Positions 8,642-16,924 of a stretch of 45,378 nucleotides of DNA are shown here, piece by piece. How positions within the stretch are numbered: position 1 is the stretch's first letter; each line of letters starts with the position of its first letter. The notes below the pieces were generated by a model. That model saw nothing but the letters and a program-made list of their open reading frames with translations. It ran no database searches and was not told the DNA's origin. The translations under genes were made by a program, and so were the position numbers. Source of the stretch: a virus (Duplodnaviria; Heunggongvirae; Uroviricota; Caudoviricetes; Ackermannviridae); IMG/VR virus record IMGVR_UViG_2974693523_000001, positions 102,803 to 148,180 of that record; one strand, given 5' to 3'.

Positions 8642-10699
8642 TTATTTCTTTTTGCCTACCCTTGGTTTATCTATTTTGCCTTGATCAACCAATTTATTAT
8701 ATTTTGCTGTTATTTGTTGTACATAGCTGACATATAATCCAGCTAATGCTGCAATTCGTGGTGGTGATACACCTTCTAAACGTAAGGCAACAATAGCCTC
8801 ATGGAATGGTAACATAAACTGACCATCACACTTATTTCTACTTAGATTAGACAAATTGTGAATTAACTCAGGGTTTTTAGATGCAAAGTCTTTAGCATCA
8901 AGTTCAGCAGCTTTTGAAACTTTAGCAAATTGAAGATCCAATTTATTATGAGTTTCTTCAGTAACAACCATATATTTGTAACCCTGTGGAGTGTTAAATG
9001 GTTGCGTATGATCTCGCGTTGGTACAAAGGTTTCTGCACCCTTATAAAGTCTCCAACGCTTCATATATCTACACGCTGTATCCTGTCTAACACCTAATTC
9101 AGCCATAGCTTCCTGTTGTGTTTTACCCTCAACTAGAAGTAATTTAAGTAACTGTTTTGTTACTTTTGGGTGAATAGCTTTATGGTTATGAGTTGGGTTA
9201 GCGTCAACAACGTCATCAATTTCTTGAGTAAGTTGCTTTTTAAACTCAGGCCACTTTTTATCAGACCTAATATGTCTAAAATGGCGCTCAGTAATACTTT
9301 TTGATGCATGAGCAGGCGGAACTAAAAATGTTGGTGTTACCAATAGCTCTTTAATTGTTTCAACCTTTGTTTCAACCTTTGTTTCAACAATATATGATTC
9401 TTCAAGATTTTTTGGTTCGCTTTTTGTAGACAAACCAATTCCCATATTGATCTCTTCGTTTGATTGGTTTATGTCTTCTGAAGACTTTTTTGTTTTTTGA
9501 ATCTTTTTTGGTAAAGAAACAACTTGTTCAGTATGCTGGATGCACTCAATACGACATGCGAATTCATTATCTTCAAAAGATTCATCAAAAAATACTTCTG
9601 GATTAGTAAGTCTAAATCTTGGCTTATTTTCACTAGTCAAAACAAATTTCATTTGGTTTTCACCCAATACTTGGATTTGACGAATCCTTTCTCTGGTTAA
9701 ACCTAATGTTTGACCAACATGATCTAATGTTTCACCTAGAATAATACGTCTGCGAATAACTTGACGATAAACATCTTTTTTAATGGCAGCTACAGCATAA
9801 GATAAATTCTTTTGTGATGATGTTAATTCGGCAATATGATCAGGAACCTCAATTGCATCATATGTATAGAAATCAATTAATGAATCCTCTTTACCATTAT
9901 CATCATCGGATTTCATTGTTGCATCTAATGAAACATCACCAAGATTTGAACCGTAAGCACAATCATTATAAATTTCGGTAACTTTATCAATATGTCTTTG
10001 CTTATGTTTTTTACTTAGTTTTTCCCAAGAATAAAGACCTGTTTTTTCATCACGAAAATATTCTTTATCTGGTAGTTCTTTTGGTTTATTACCATTCACA
10101 AAACCATAGTTTTGGTAAAAGAAAATTGCTATTTTCTCATATTTGTTTTTGATATTGTTTAGTGTTGTGCCTTCATCCCTACAAATTTGATTTACCGCTC
10201 TATTAATACGAGAAATAGATAATTGCAAATGCGTGGGAATACGCACAGTATTACGCATTGTGTCATCAAAACCGCGACTCATACACTGATAAATCCAACT
10301 AACAGCATAAGTTGAAAATCTCCAAGGTTGGGTCGTGTCAAAACCCATAACAGCGCGGTCCAAACCAAAAACAGCTTCTTGCATTAAATCTTCTAAAACG
10401 CCTGAGTCACCGTATAGAAGATTACGCTGTTTGGCAAATTTTGTTACTTCTTTAACTGCTAGAAGCAAATTGCGCTCAATCATTTCCTGCTTTGCTTTTA
10501 CATCACCCTGTTGGGCTTTTTTGATCAGTTCAAGAGCTTCTTCATAATCGGGGAAACCTTTAGAATTTTTAGGTAAAAATTTTGCAAAAACGCTTGAAGG
10601 GTCTCTTGAAAGAAGACTTTCACGCATTGTTGAGGCAAGACTTTTATCCTCTTTTTCATCGTTCTGTACGTTATCAACTTCATCAATATCATCAAACAT
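8642..10699 (-). CDS. RpoD/RpoS-like sigma-70 factor with a ~330-aa C-terminal extension containing HTH-like motifs
   Basis: Region 2 DLMQEAVFGLDRAV..F...RFSTYAVSWIYQCMSR...RIPTHL and region 4 TLDHVGQTLGLTRERIRQIQ. Confidence 0.9.
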   Translation of the reverse strand: MFDDIDEVDNVQNDEKEDKSLASTMRESLLSRDPSSVFAKFLPKNSKGFPDYEEALELIKKAQQGDVKAKQEMIERNLLLAVKEVTKFAKQRNLLYGDSGVLEDLMQEAVFGLDRAVMGFDTTQPWRFSTYAVSWIYQCMSRGFDDTMRNTVRIPTHLQLSISRINRAVNQICRDEGTTLNNIKNKYEKIAIFFYQNYGFVNGNKPKELPDKEYFRDEKTGLYSWEKLSKKHKQRHIDKVTEIYNDCAYGSNLGDVSLDATMKSDDDNGKEDSLIDFYTYDAIEVPDHIAELTSSQKNLSYAVAAIKKDVYRQVIRRRIILGETLDHVGQTLGLTRERIRQIQVLGENQMKFVLTSENKPRFRLTNPEVFFDESFEDNEFACRIECIQHTEQVVSLPKKIQKTKKSSEDINQSNEEINMGIGLSTKSEPKNLEESYIVETKVETKVETIKELLVTPTFLVPPAHASKSITERHFRHIRSDKKWPEFKKQLTQEIDDVVDANPTHNHKAIHPKVTKQLLKLLLVEGKTQQEAMAELGVRQDTACRYMKRWRLYKGAETFVPTRDHTQPFNTPQGYKYMVVTEETHNKLDLQFAKVSKAAELDAKDFASKNPELIHNLSNLSRNKCDGQFMLPFHEAIVALRLEGVSPPRIAALAGLYVSYVQQITAKYNKLVDQGKIDKPRVGKKK

Positions 10700-10760
10700 T
10701 TTTGTATACCCAAAATAATTAATTTAATAACAACATAATATCACACATTACAATTAGCGA

Positions 10761-10784
10761 AAAAGGAGCTTTTAAGCTCCTTTT
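10761..10784 (-). terminator. Intrinsic terminator after HU
   Basis: Inverted repeat aaaaggagctt-tt-aagctcctttt. Confidence 0.8.
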
Positions 10785-10814
10785 CCTTTTTCTAGATCTC
10801 TGATTCAAAAAAAG

Positions 10815-11084
10815 TTAGAAAACTTTTTTTAGACCACCAAGAGATTTAGCTTTTGCCACTTTGTGCGCGGGTTTTACAGCTTTTTCACCAGTGCGTGGGT
10901 TGCGAACTTCACGACTTGGTTTGTCAACAACTGTGAATCGAACAAGATCTTCAAACGCTACTTCGTCACCAGATTGCAGTGTTTCTACAATTGTGTTACG
11001 TGTTGCTTCAAGAATTGCGCGTACTTGGGTTTGATTTGCGCCAGACGCTTCCGCGATCTTTTTAACAAAATCAGCTTTGTTCAT
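10815..11084 (-). CDS. hup: HU/IHF-family histone-like DNA-binding protein
   Basis: MNKADFVKKIAE...GDEV.F..L..F.V..KPSREVRNPRTGE, the canonical HU signature. Confidence 0.95.
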   Translation of the reverse strand: MNKADFVKKIAEASGANQTQVRAILEATRNTIVETLQSGDEVAFEDLVRFTVVDKPSREVRNPRTGEKAVKPAHKVAKAKSLGGLKKVF

Positions 11085-11098
11085 TTTGATTGTCCTTA

Positions 11099-11293
11099 TT
11101 AATAGAAGACATGGTGTTTGTTCATTGCTGCCATAACAGCATTATCATGGCTTGCAACGCGGGTGGTTCGTGACAGAACGTCAAGAATCTTTTTTGTGCC
11201 TGAAAAAGATGAGTCAAAATTTTTCATAGCATTACGATTGACTTTTTTACCAGCTTTTTCACCGGCTTTGCGTTTTGCATTTGAAATAGGCAT
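11099..11293 (-). CDS. Small basic hypothetical protein (64 aa)
   Basis: Start MPISNAKRK follows an AAAGGA SD. Lys/Arg rich. Confidence 0.65.
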   Translation of the reverse strand: MPISNAKRKAGEKAGKKVNRNAMKNFDSSFSGTKKILDVLSRTTRVASHDNAVMAAMNKHHVFY

Positions 11294-11369
11294 ACAATTT
11301 CCTTTTAACAACAATTGAAAAAACACTTTAGAGAGCTTTACACTAACACAAAAAATTTAATGAAAAAAC

Positions 11370-12008
11370 TTATTTTATATCCATGTGACGGATCACAAGA
11401 TAATCAATAGGATGCTGCATGTAATGAGTGGATGGGATTTTTGAGAAATCGTTCATTGTTTGTTTAATGTTCAATTCCTTAGCCCAGCGAAGGAAGCCAC
11501 TACGATAAACACATAAACAGGCGGGGAAATGTTCTATTGAAATTTCATCCCCGTCTTTTGGTGGTATGTAATAAAGATTGAAAACTGTAGCGTTGTTAGC
11601 TTTTGAACCATTACCCAAAACAATACCAACCCTATTTTGAAGAATGGTATTATTATGAATTTTTGGTGTAAAGTATGGTCTAAAAGCTTCTGATATTTGA
11701 TCACTAGGTTTATCAAACATTATGTTGAAAGATAAGTGATTATTATTTTGAATATCCCATTTGAGAAGTTCAATAGCGTGTTCTGTTACTGGGATGATAG
11801 TGATCTTCTGATTTGAACCACCCTTTAGAAATGTTGATGCAGCTTTGGTCAACATATCCTCAGCAAGATCATAACGTTTCATTTTTAGAGCATGTTTGAA
11901 AAGTGTGGAATCAATAACATTTTCCAAAAGAGGTTCAACAATACGTAAATATGAACCTTTAATTGAATTAGGTTTTATTGACAAATAATTTTGATGTTCA
12001 TTTGGCAT
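11370..12008 (-). CDS. Hypothetical protein
   Basis: 212-aa ORF with no recognisable motif. Confidence 0.7.
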   Translation of the reverse strand: MPNEHQNYLSIKPNSIKGSYLRIVEPLLENVIDSTLFKHALKMKRYDLAEDMLTKAASTFLKGGSNQKITIIPVTEHAIELLKWDIQNNNHLSFNIMFDKPSDQISEAFRPYFTPKIHNNTILQNRVGIVLGNGSKANNATVFNLYYIPPKDGDEISIEHFPACLCVYRSGFLRWAKELNIKQTMNDFSKIPSTHYMQHPIDYLVIRHMDIK

Positions 12009-12018
12009 GGTGATTACT

Positions 12019-12192
12019 CAGGTTTTTGAAAGTTGACAAAATATTAAACTAATAATTAATTAATGAATAATTTATTAGTTATCTTATTAGTTATCTTATT
12101 ACAAAAAACCTGTGATGCTTCGTCGTCAGTTAAGTTCGTTGACACTCCTTAACTTCCTCCAAAGCATCATACAAAGTCGTTCTTCGCACGAC
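12019..12192. other. Structured intergenic element: two hairpins plus an AT-rich repeat block (candidate origin or terminator)
   Basis: Stems tgatgctt/aagcatca, gttaag/cttaac and gtcgt/acgac; tandem TAATAAGATAAC repeats on the minus strand. Confidence 0.6.
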
Positions 12193-12201
12193 AAGTAAAA
12201 T

Positions 12202-13839
12202 CTATTCATTACCGTTAAATCTTTTTTCTGCTAATTCTTGCTTAAACTTTTTTCTTTTATCACTTTCCTCAAGAAGCAAAGCAAATTGTGATACAGGTAA
12301 AAATTCCCAATGTCGACAATCAACAACCTTTGTCACTACATTATGTCCTTTAGATTTATAATATCCATAACGTTTAGCACCATGCTCAATAAATGTAGCC
12401 TTACTCCCAGGAGATAATCTAAAGTCATCGACAATGTCATAAATATTAGCAATTTTCTTACTACTATGAGTTCGCAACATCCTACCAATGGCTTGTAATA
12501 CAGCAATTATGGATTTAATTGGATGACATAACACAAGATTATGAAGTTTGCGAATACTAACACCAGTCCCAAGAGTACCGAAGGAAGCACATAAAACAAC
12601 TTTTTCACCATTTTCAACAGCCTTTTTCATTTGATCTCTAATGTCGTTAGGTACATCACCATCTATACGATATACGTTACTATGCCCCATCTCTTTTAAC
12701 ATGTCGTAGACGGCTTTAGAATGCTTTTTGCGCACAAATAAGAGTAAGGTGTTGCCCTCTAGTTTATTTGCAAACTTAGCAATAAAACTATTGCGCTCTT
12801 TGGATTCACTTATTGCTCTTATTTTACCTTCATAGTCCAGTTTATCCATATTCAAACAGACTGGTCTACGATATTTAAAATTTAATACTCTAATCAGAGT
12901 GTCTGCTGATTGCCCGCGCTCTTTTAACATTTGTGTGGTAGCTATACGGATTATCTTACCAAAGTGTGCCAACACTTGTAGAGTGTGCAGTTCTGTATCA
13001 CGCATTGAACCCGTTACACCAATTCTTTTATATGCATTGATACAGTTATTCAAAATATAAGAAATTTTTTCAGCTGAAGCGCCATGAACTTCATCACAGA
13101 ATACATGAGTAAATTTACAAAAGAATTCAGGGTCTTCATTTTGAATTGATTGCCAAGTGGAAACAGTTATAGGCGCAGATCTATATTTATCCTTAACACC
13201 ACCTTTAATGGTGTGGATACACTGATTTGAAAATTTATCATCTTTGTATGAGAATTTACCAAAATCATCATACATTTGATCTACCAGCATCACACTGGGT
13301 ACTATAATCAATATTTTAGCTTTATATGAGGTAACATCACAGAAAAACCTTGATAAAAGATATAAAATAAGGGTTTTACCTGCATTTGTATCAGCAAGCA
13401 ATACACAGGAATCATTTGTAATACCCTCATAAAACCCATGCATTTGATAATCATAAGGTGTTAGGTCAAAATACCCGTTTTCATTATGACCAGTAAGTTT
13501 TAAAGATTCAACATATTCTTCAAGTTCTTCAAGTTCTACTTTTTCTTGAAAAAATATACCTTTATCAATTTTGATGTCATAATTAACGGATTTACAGAAT
13601 TCAAATAATGTTCTTACTAAACCACGAGGTAAGACTTGTTTTTTATTATCAAATAGTCTTACTACCCCATCCCATTTTGAATATCTGTTTGGTTTATGTG
13701 TGGGGTCTTTGAATTTAAAAAACTCATAAATTTCCCGAAGCATAATCTCATTAGTAACCTCAATAGAAACCTTTGAGGCACTTAACGAGCGAACGTAAAT
13801 TGTTTCTTTTTCCATGCTAGAGAATACCCAATAAAACAT
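12202..13839 (-). CDS. uvsW: UvsW SF2 DNA helicase
   Basis: TNAGKT, DEVH, TGS, GTLGTGVSI and QAIGRMLR motifs. Confidence 0.93.
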   Translation of the reverse strand: MFYWVFSSMEKETIYVRSLSASKVSIEVTNEIMLREIYEFFKFKDPTHKPNRYSKWDGVVRLFDNKKQVLPRGLVRTLFEFCKSVNYDIKIDKGIFFQEKVELEELEEYVESLKLTGHNENGYFDLTPYDYQMHGFYEGITNDSCVLLADTNAGKTLILYLLSRFFCDVTSYKAKILIIVPSVMLVDQMYDDFGKFSYKDDKFSNQCIHTIKGGVKDKYRSAPITVSTWQSIQNEDPEFFCKFTHVFCDEVHGASAEKISYILNNCINAYKRIGVTGSMRDTELHTLQVLAHFGKIIRIATTQMLKERGQSADTLIRVLNFKYRRPVCLNMDKLDYEGKIRAISESKERNSFIAKFANKLEGNTLLLFVRKKHSKAVYDMLKEMGHSNVYRIDGDVPNDIRDQMKKAVENGEKVVLCASFGTLGTGVSIRKLHNLVLCHPIKSIIAVLQAIGRMLRTHSSKKIANIYDIVDDFRLSPGSKATFIEHGAKRYGYYKSKGHNVVTKVVDCRHWEFLPVSQFALLLEESDKRKKFKQELAEKRFNGNE

Positions 13840-14561
13840 TATTGGATATCTAGTAAGTCTCTAAATTGTTTAATTCTTTTTGCTAGTAGGGGAAGTGATT
13901 CTTGTGGAGTGAAATAGGCAACGTTTGCTGTTGGTCTACTTTCTGTTGCAATAATGTTAACAAGTAATTCAGGCTTCAAACCAGTCATTTCATATAACAT
14001 TGTTGCATACCCACATAATTGGGTTTGATAATCTTCAATTTCGTTAGGTGATTTAAACCAGTTAGAAGTCTTAAAATCAACAATGGCTAATTTGTATCTA
14101 CCTTCATGTAACCAGTAACAAACAAGATCTACCCTTCCCGCGAGTTTTAGTTTATAGCTGTATAAAGGTATTTCTTGCGCTATTACTAAACCGACGTGTT
14201 TGTCGATCCAAGGTTTAAGCTGTACAAACAACCGAACATAACCTTCACAACTCTCTAGAACGAGTTCCATCGGCTTATTTTTTATGTATAGCTCACATGA
14301 TAAATGTACTGCCTCACCTCTATCAGCGCATCTTTGTGTTTCTATTGCTGCAGCCTCTTCACCTATCCGCTGACGCCATTTTTCTAACCAAGTATGATCG
14401 CTGGTAGCTGAAAGCATGGTAGTCATTGAATGGAATTTTGTAACGCCATCAGGTAGGGTATAAAACCTACCTGAATCAGTTGTTACACTTTCCAACTCAA
14501 CATAAGGGATAATATCATGTTCAAAATCTTTAGGTCTAACATTGTAAGGTGTTAAACGCAT
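13839..14561 (-). CDS. PD-(D/E)XK exonuclease
   Basis: SMTTML..LEKWR.R.G, RGEAVH, AGRVD, IVDFKTS and YxxQLxxY motifs. Confidence 0.85.
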   Translation of the reverse strand: MRLTPYNVRPKDFEHDIIPYVELESVTTDSGRFYTLPDGVTKFHSMTTMLSATSDHTWLEKWRQRIGEEAAAIETQRCADRGEAVHLSCELYIKNKPMELVLESCEGYVRLFVQLKPWIDKHVGLVIAQEIPLYSYKLKLAGRVDLVCYWLHEGRYKLAIVDFKTSNWFKSPNEIEDYQTQLCGYATMLYEMTGLKPELLVNIIATESRPTANVAYFTPQESLPLLAKRIKQFRDLLDIQ

Positions 14562-15025
14562 TACGACCTACCTTCCATCATACGTCTATAGTTAATTGCG
14601 TTTTGAATATCCCAATGCCTATTTTTCACTAGTGTTAATGTATCCTCACAGAATTTAACTCTTCTTTCAGCTTCCGATAGATACTTTTGACAATCCTGAA
14701 TAAACTGATCAGCCTTTAGCATCTCATTTAATTCTGTTTGATTCTGTGGTGGGAAATTAAGTGGCGTCTCAACATAGTGTGATTTAGGTAGACGGCCCGC
14801 GTAGTAAAGTCTACGGCGCTCCATTAGCTTTGCAAAAGTTTGGGTCCAATATTCAAGTGATTTTGCCTGATTTTGTAACTCCCTTTGGACCTCGAAATAA
14901 ATTTTTGAGGTTCTTAAAGCTTCTCGATCCAAATTAATAAAATCAGTCTCGAATAATTTTTCAAATTTTTCCTGTAATTCTTCAATATCAAGACGATTTG
15001 GTTCGTCTTTTGCTTGTGTCATCAT
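14561..15025 (-). CDS. uvsY: UvsY recombination mediator
   Basis: Helical protein with YYAGR..Y and a C-terminal KNRHWDIQNAINYRRM; located next to the exonuclease and uvsW. Confidence 0.85.
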   Translation of the reverse strand: MMTQAKDEPNRLDIEELQEKFEKLFETDFINLDREALRTSKIYFEVQRELQNQAKSLEYWTQTFAKLMERRRLYYAGRLPKSHYVETPLNFPPQNQTELNEMLKADQFIQDCQKYLSEAERRVKFCEDTLTLVKNRHWDIQNAINYRRMMEGRS

Positions 15026-15501
15026 AATTTTTCTATCCTTTGGAATTTAAATGAAGCAGTACAAACAAGATATTTTTCGCCTTCTTCATTAGTAATTAAT
15101 TGAAATCCACCTAATTGAAAAACAGTAGCATCAACAAATCTGAATCCAACTTTCATATTTTGGCCCATGTTGTTTAAGAGTACAACATCAAGGTCTTCTG
15201 AAGGTGGTATTGATGTTTTTACTATTTTATGTAATTTATCAAATAGGGAAAAATAGTTTTTGAAATCACTTGTAATAATAAAGGTGAAGTTAAGAAGATC
15301 ATAGTTAAGTGTATCACCTGCAATAAATAACATGTTGTCAGATCCCGCCCTAGGACCATCCATAAAACCTATGTCAATCCCAGGCATACCTAATCCAGTT
15401 ACTGTCACTGTGAACAATCTTAGATCGGAATCAGAACTGGTCATTAGCCAGCGCCCACCAGTAGCTAGGTTAAATGCATCACATAATGAGTTAGAAGACA
15501 T
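15022..15501 (-). CDS. gp3: Tail completion / tail tube terminator protein
   Basis: GDTLNYDLLNFTFII...LLNN...FRFVDA pattern; late promoter upstream. Confidence 0.8.
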   Translation of the reverse strand: MSSNSLCDAFNLATGGRWLMTSSDSDLRLFTVTVTGLGMPGIDIGFMDGPRAGSDNMLFIAGDTLNYDLLNFTFIITSDFKNYFSLFDKLHKIVKTSIPPSEDLDVVLLNNMGQNMKVGFRFVDATVFQLGGFQLITNEEGEKYLVCTASFKFQRIEKL

Positions 15502-15527
15502 AATTAAAACCTCATAAATATTTCAAT

Positions 15528-15553
15528 TATTTAGTCACCATATTAGCTAAATA
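15528..15553. promoter_or_regulatory. Back-to-back late promoters CTAAATA (minus 15528-15534 for gp3; plus 15547-15553 for the lipoprotein)
   Basis: Same motif and ~27-30 nt spacing to the ATG as at nine other late genes. Confidence 0.65.
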
Positions 15554-15582
15554 GCATATACGAGGGATTAGGAAGCAATAAA

Positions 15583-16155
15583 ATGAAGAAGAGAAAGCTA
15601 GGCAGTTTATTAGCTTCCGTTTTGGTCGTCAGTTGTAAGACTCAGGTGAATATAGACTACGATATAAACGAGCTTAAAAAGTATAGAGTACCAGTTTCTG
15701 TAGTTTATAAACTGGGTGATGAATGCAAACCAATATCAATAGAGGGTTTGGATACAATATGTGAAGTTGGTAAGATCTCTGGTATTTTAGATGTTGAAAC
15801 ATATGAAAAAGTTGAAGATCTTAATATTATCAACCCGATACACTTGTTTTTATCTAATGAAGGAACGTTAATAGTCTATATGAGTAAGGAATTAAGAGAT
15901 GAAATAATTCTTAAATATGGAAATACAAAACAAATTAGTGAAAACATCATTGTGACTATTAGAATAACAAACAAAACTGATTCAATAAAAACACTAACCA
16001 TACAAGGTTCATGGGTTAATGGAAGTCCAACAGATAGATTATCAGGTTCATTATTTTATCTTAAAGGTGGTGATTTTTTAGATCTTGTTGTTGCTGATGT
16101 TGCAGTTGGGAACCTTTTACAGGGTGGTTTAGAGGTTATAGCTTCAATAAAATGA
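15583..16155 (+). CDS. Predicted lipoprotein of unknown function
   Basis: Basic N-terminus, hydrophobic core and lipobox VVS-C18. Confidence 0.75.
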   Translation: MKKRKLGSLLASVLVVSCKTQVNIDYDINELKKYRVPVSVVYKLGDECKPISIEGLDTICEVGKISGILDVETYEKVEDLNIINPIHLFLSNEGTLIVYMSKELRDEIILKYGNTKQISENIIVTIRITNKTDSIKTLTIQGSWVNGSPTDRLSGSLFYLKGGDFLDLVVADVAVGNLLQGGLEVIASIK

Positions 16156-16171
16156 GACCCGAAGGTCTCAT
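16152..16171. terminator. Bidirectional terminator containing both convergent stop codons
   Basis: atgagacc-cgaa-ggtctcat; forms a C(UUCG)G loop on the minus strand. Confidence 0.75.
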
Positions 16172-16446
16172 TTGTTTTGTGGCGGGATACAAACGGCTTT
16201 GATAATGTCTTCGTTATGCAAAGCCCAATTTTTAAGCGTAACGCGCATATCATCAAGTTTAAAATATGTTTCGTCTGATAATGCGTTTAGTTCTTCATTA
16301 GTAATTTTGGGTAGAAACGGCCGTGGTGCGGGTTCACAAACGGGTTTTGTCTCTACGTAAACTACACTTGGCTCACTTGTCGTCTGGCACGCCACCAGAA
16401 AAGTCACCATCAACAGGGCGAACCCTAGTTTTAGAAGCTTTTGCAT
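16168..16446 (-). CDS. o-spanin (Rz1-like lipoprotein)
   Basis: MQKLLKLGFALLMVTFLVA-C lipobox and Pro-rich mature region; overlaps the i-spanin 3' end. Confidence 0.8.
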   Translation of the reverse strand: MQKLLKLGFALLMVTFLVACQTTSEPSVVYVETKPVCEPAPRPFLPKITNEELNALSDETYFKLDDMRVTLKNWALHNEDIIKAVCIPPQNK

Positions 16447-16699
16447 TTTCACGCTCCGCAGCCTTTTTATGGGCTTGATTAATTGATTGTTGTGTCTCAA
16501 CCCGTTGCTCTGCGTTTTTATGTACAGTTGCTAAGGTTTGCTCACTTTGTTTAAGCGCCGATTCCTTATGCTTATTCTCAGCTTCCAAGCGTTTGTTTTT
16601 CTCGCGCTGAATACCAAGCAACAACAACAAGAAACCAAGCGCCGCACCCGCCAGTAAAACGGCGTTATTTTTCAGATTCGTCAACCACAACATCTTCAA
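16373..16699 (-). CDS. i-spanin (Rz-like)
   Basis: Single N-terminal TM segment followed by a coiled coil; partly overlaps the o-spanin. Confidence 0.78.
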   Translation of the reverse strand: MKMLWLTNLKNNAVLLAGAALGFLLLLLGIQREKNKRLEAENKHKESALKQSEQTLATVHKNAEQRVETQQSINQAHKKAAERENAKASKTRVRPVDGDFSGGVPDDK

Positions 16700-16898
16700 T
16701 CACCTTGTTGAAATCCAATTGCCTAGACTCAACATGTTTTTGAGCCACGTTAACTATCCAATAACCGTTGATCATAAAACCTAACAGTAGACCAAAGGTT
16801 GCATCGTCTATCTTCTCGTACCACAGAAAGAAGAATAGGGCAACCGTGGTCATTAGCAGGATCCAGAATTTACGGCTTTGTAACTTTGCTTTTGACAT
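16665..16898 (-). CDS. Probable holin (2 TM)
   Basis: KLQSRKFW followed by two TM segments and a charged tail. Directly upstream of the spanins, with a late promoter at 16922-16928. Confidence 0.7.
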   Translation of the reverse strand: MSKAKLQSRKFWILLMTTVALFFFLWYEKIDDATFGLLLGFMINGYWIVNVAQKHVESRQLDFNKVIEDVVVDESEK

Positions 16899-16924
16899 AA
16901 AACACCCCCTTTGTATGAAGGTAT

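Noticed and set aside
8642-11084. Sigma plus HU as host chromosomal contamination or a chimeric assembly
   Set aside because: The sigma is far diverged from cellular RpoD, the composition matches the flanking phage genes, and the genes are embedded with phage-style terminators. Read support should still be checked.
12202-12320. UvsW C-terminal tail as a fused UvsW.1
   Set aside because: Only about 40 aa, with no recognisable similarity that I can support.
13839-14561. Cas4-like nuclease suggesting a CRISPR system
   Set aside because: No Fe-S cysteine set, no repeat-spacer array and no other cas genes. It sits in the usual uvsY-exonuclease-uvsW position.
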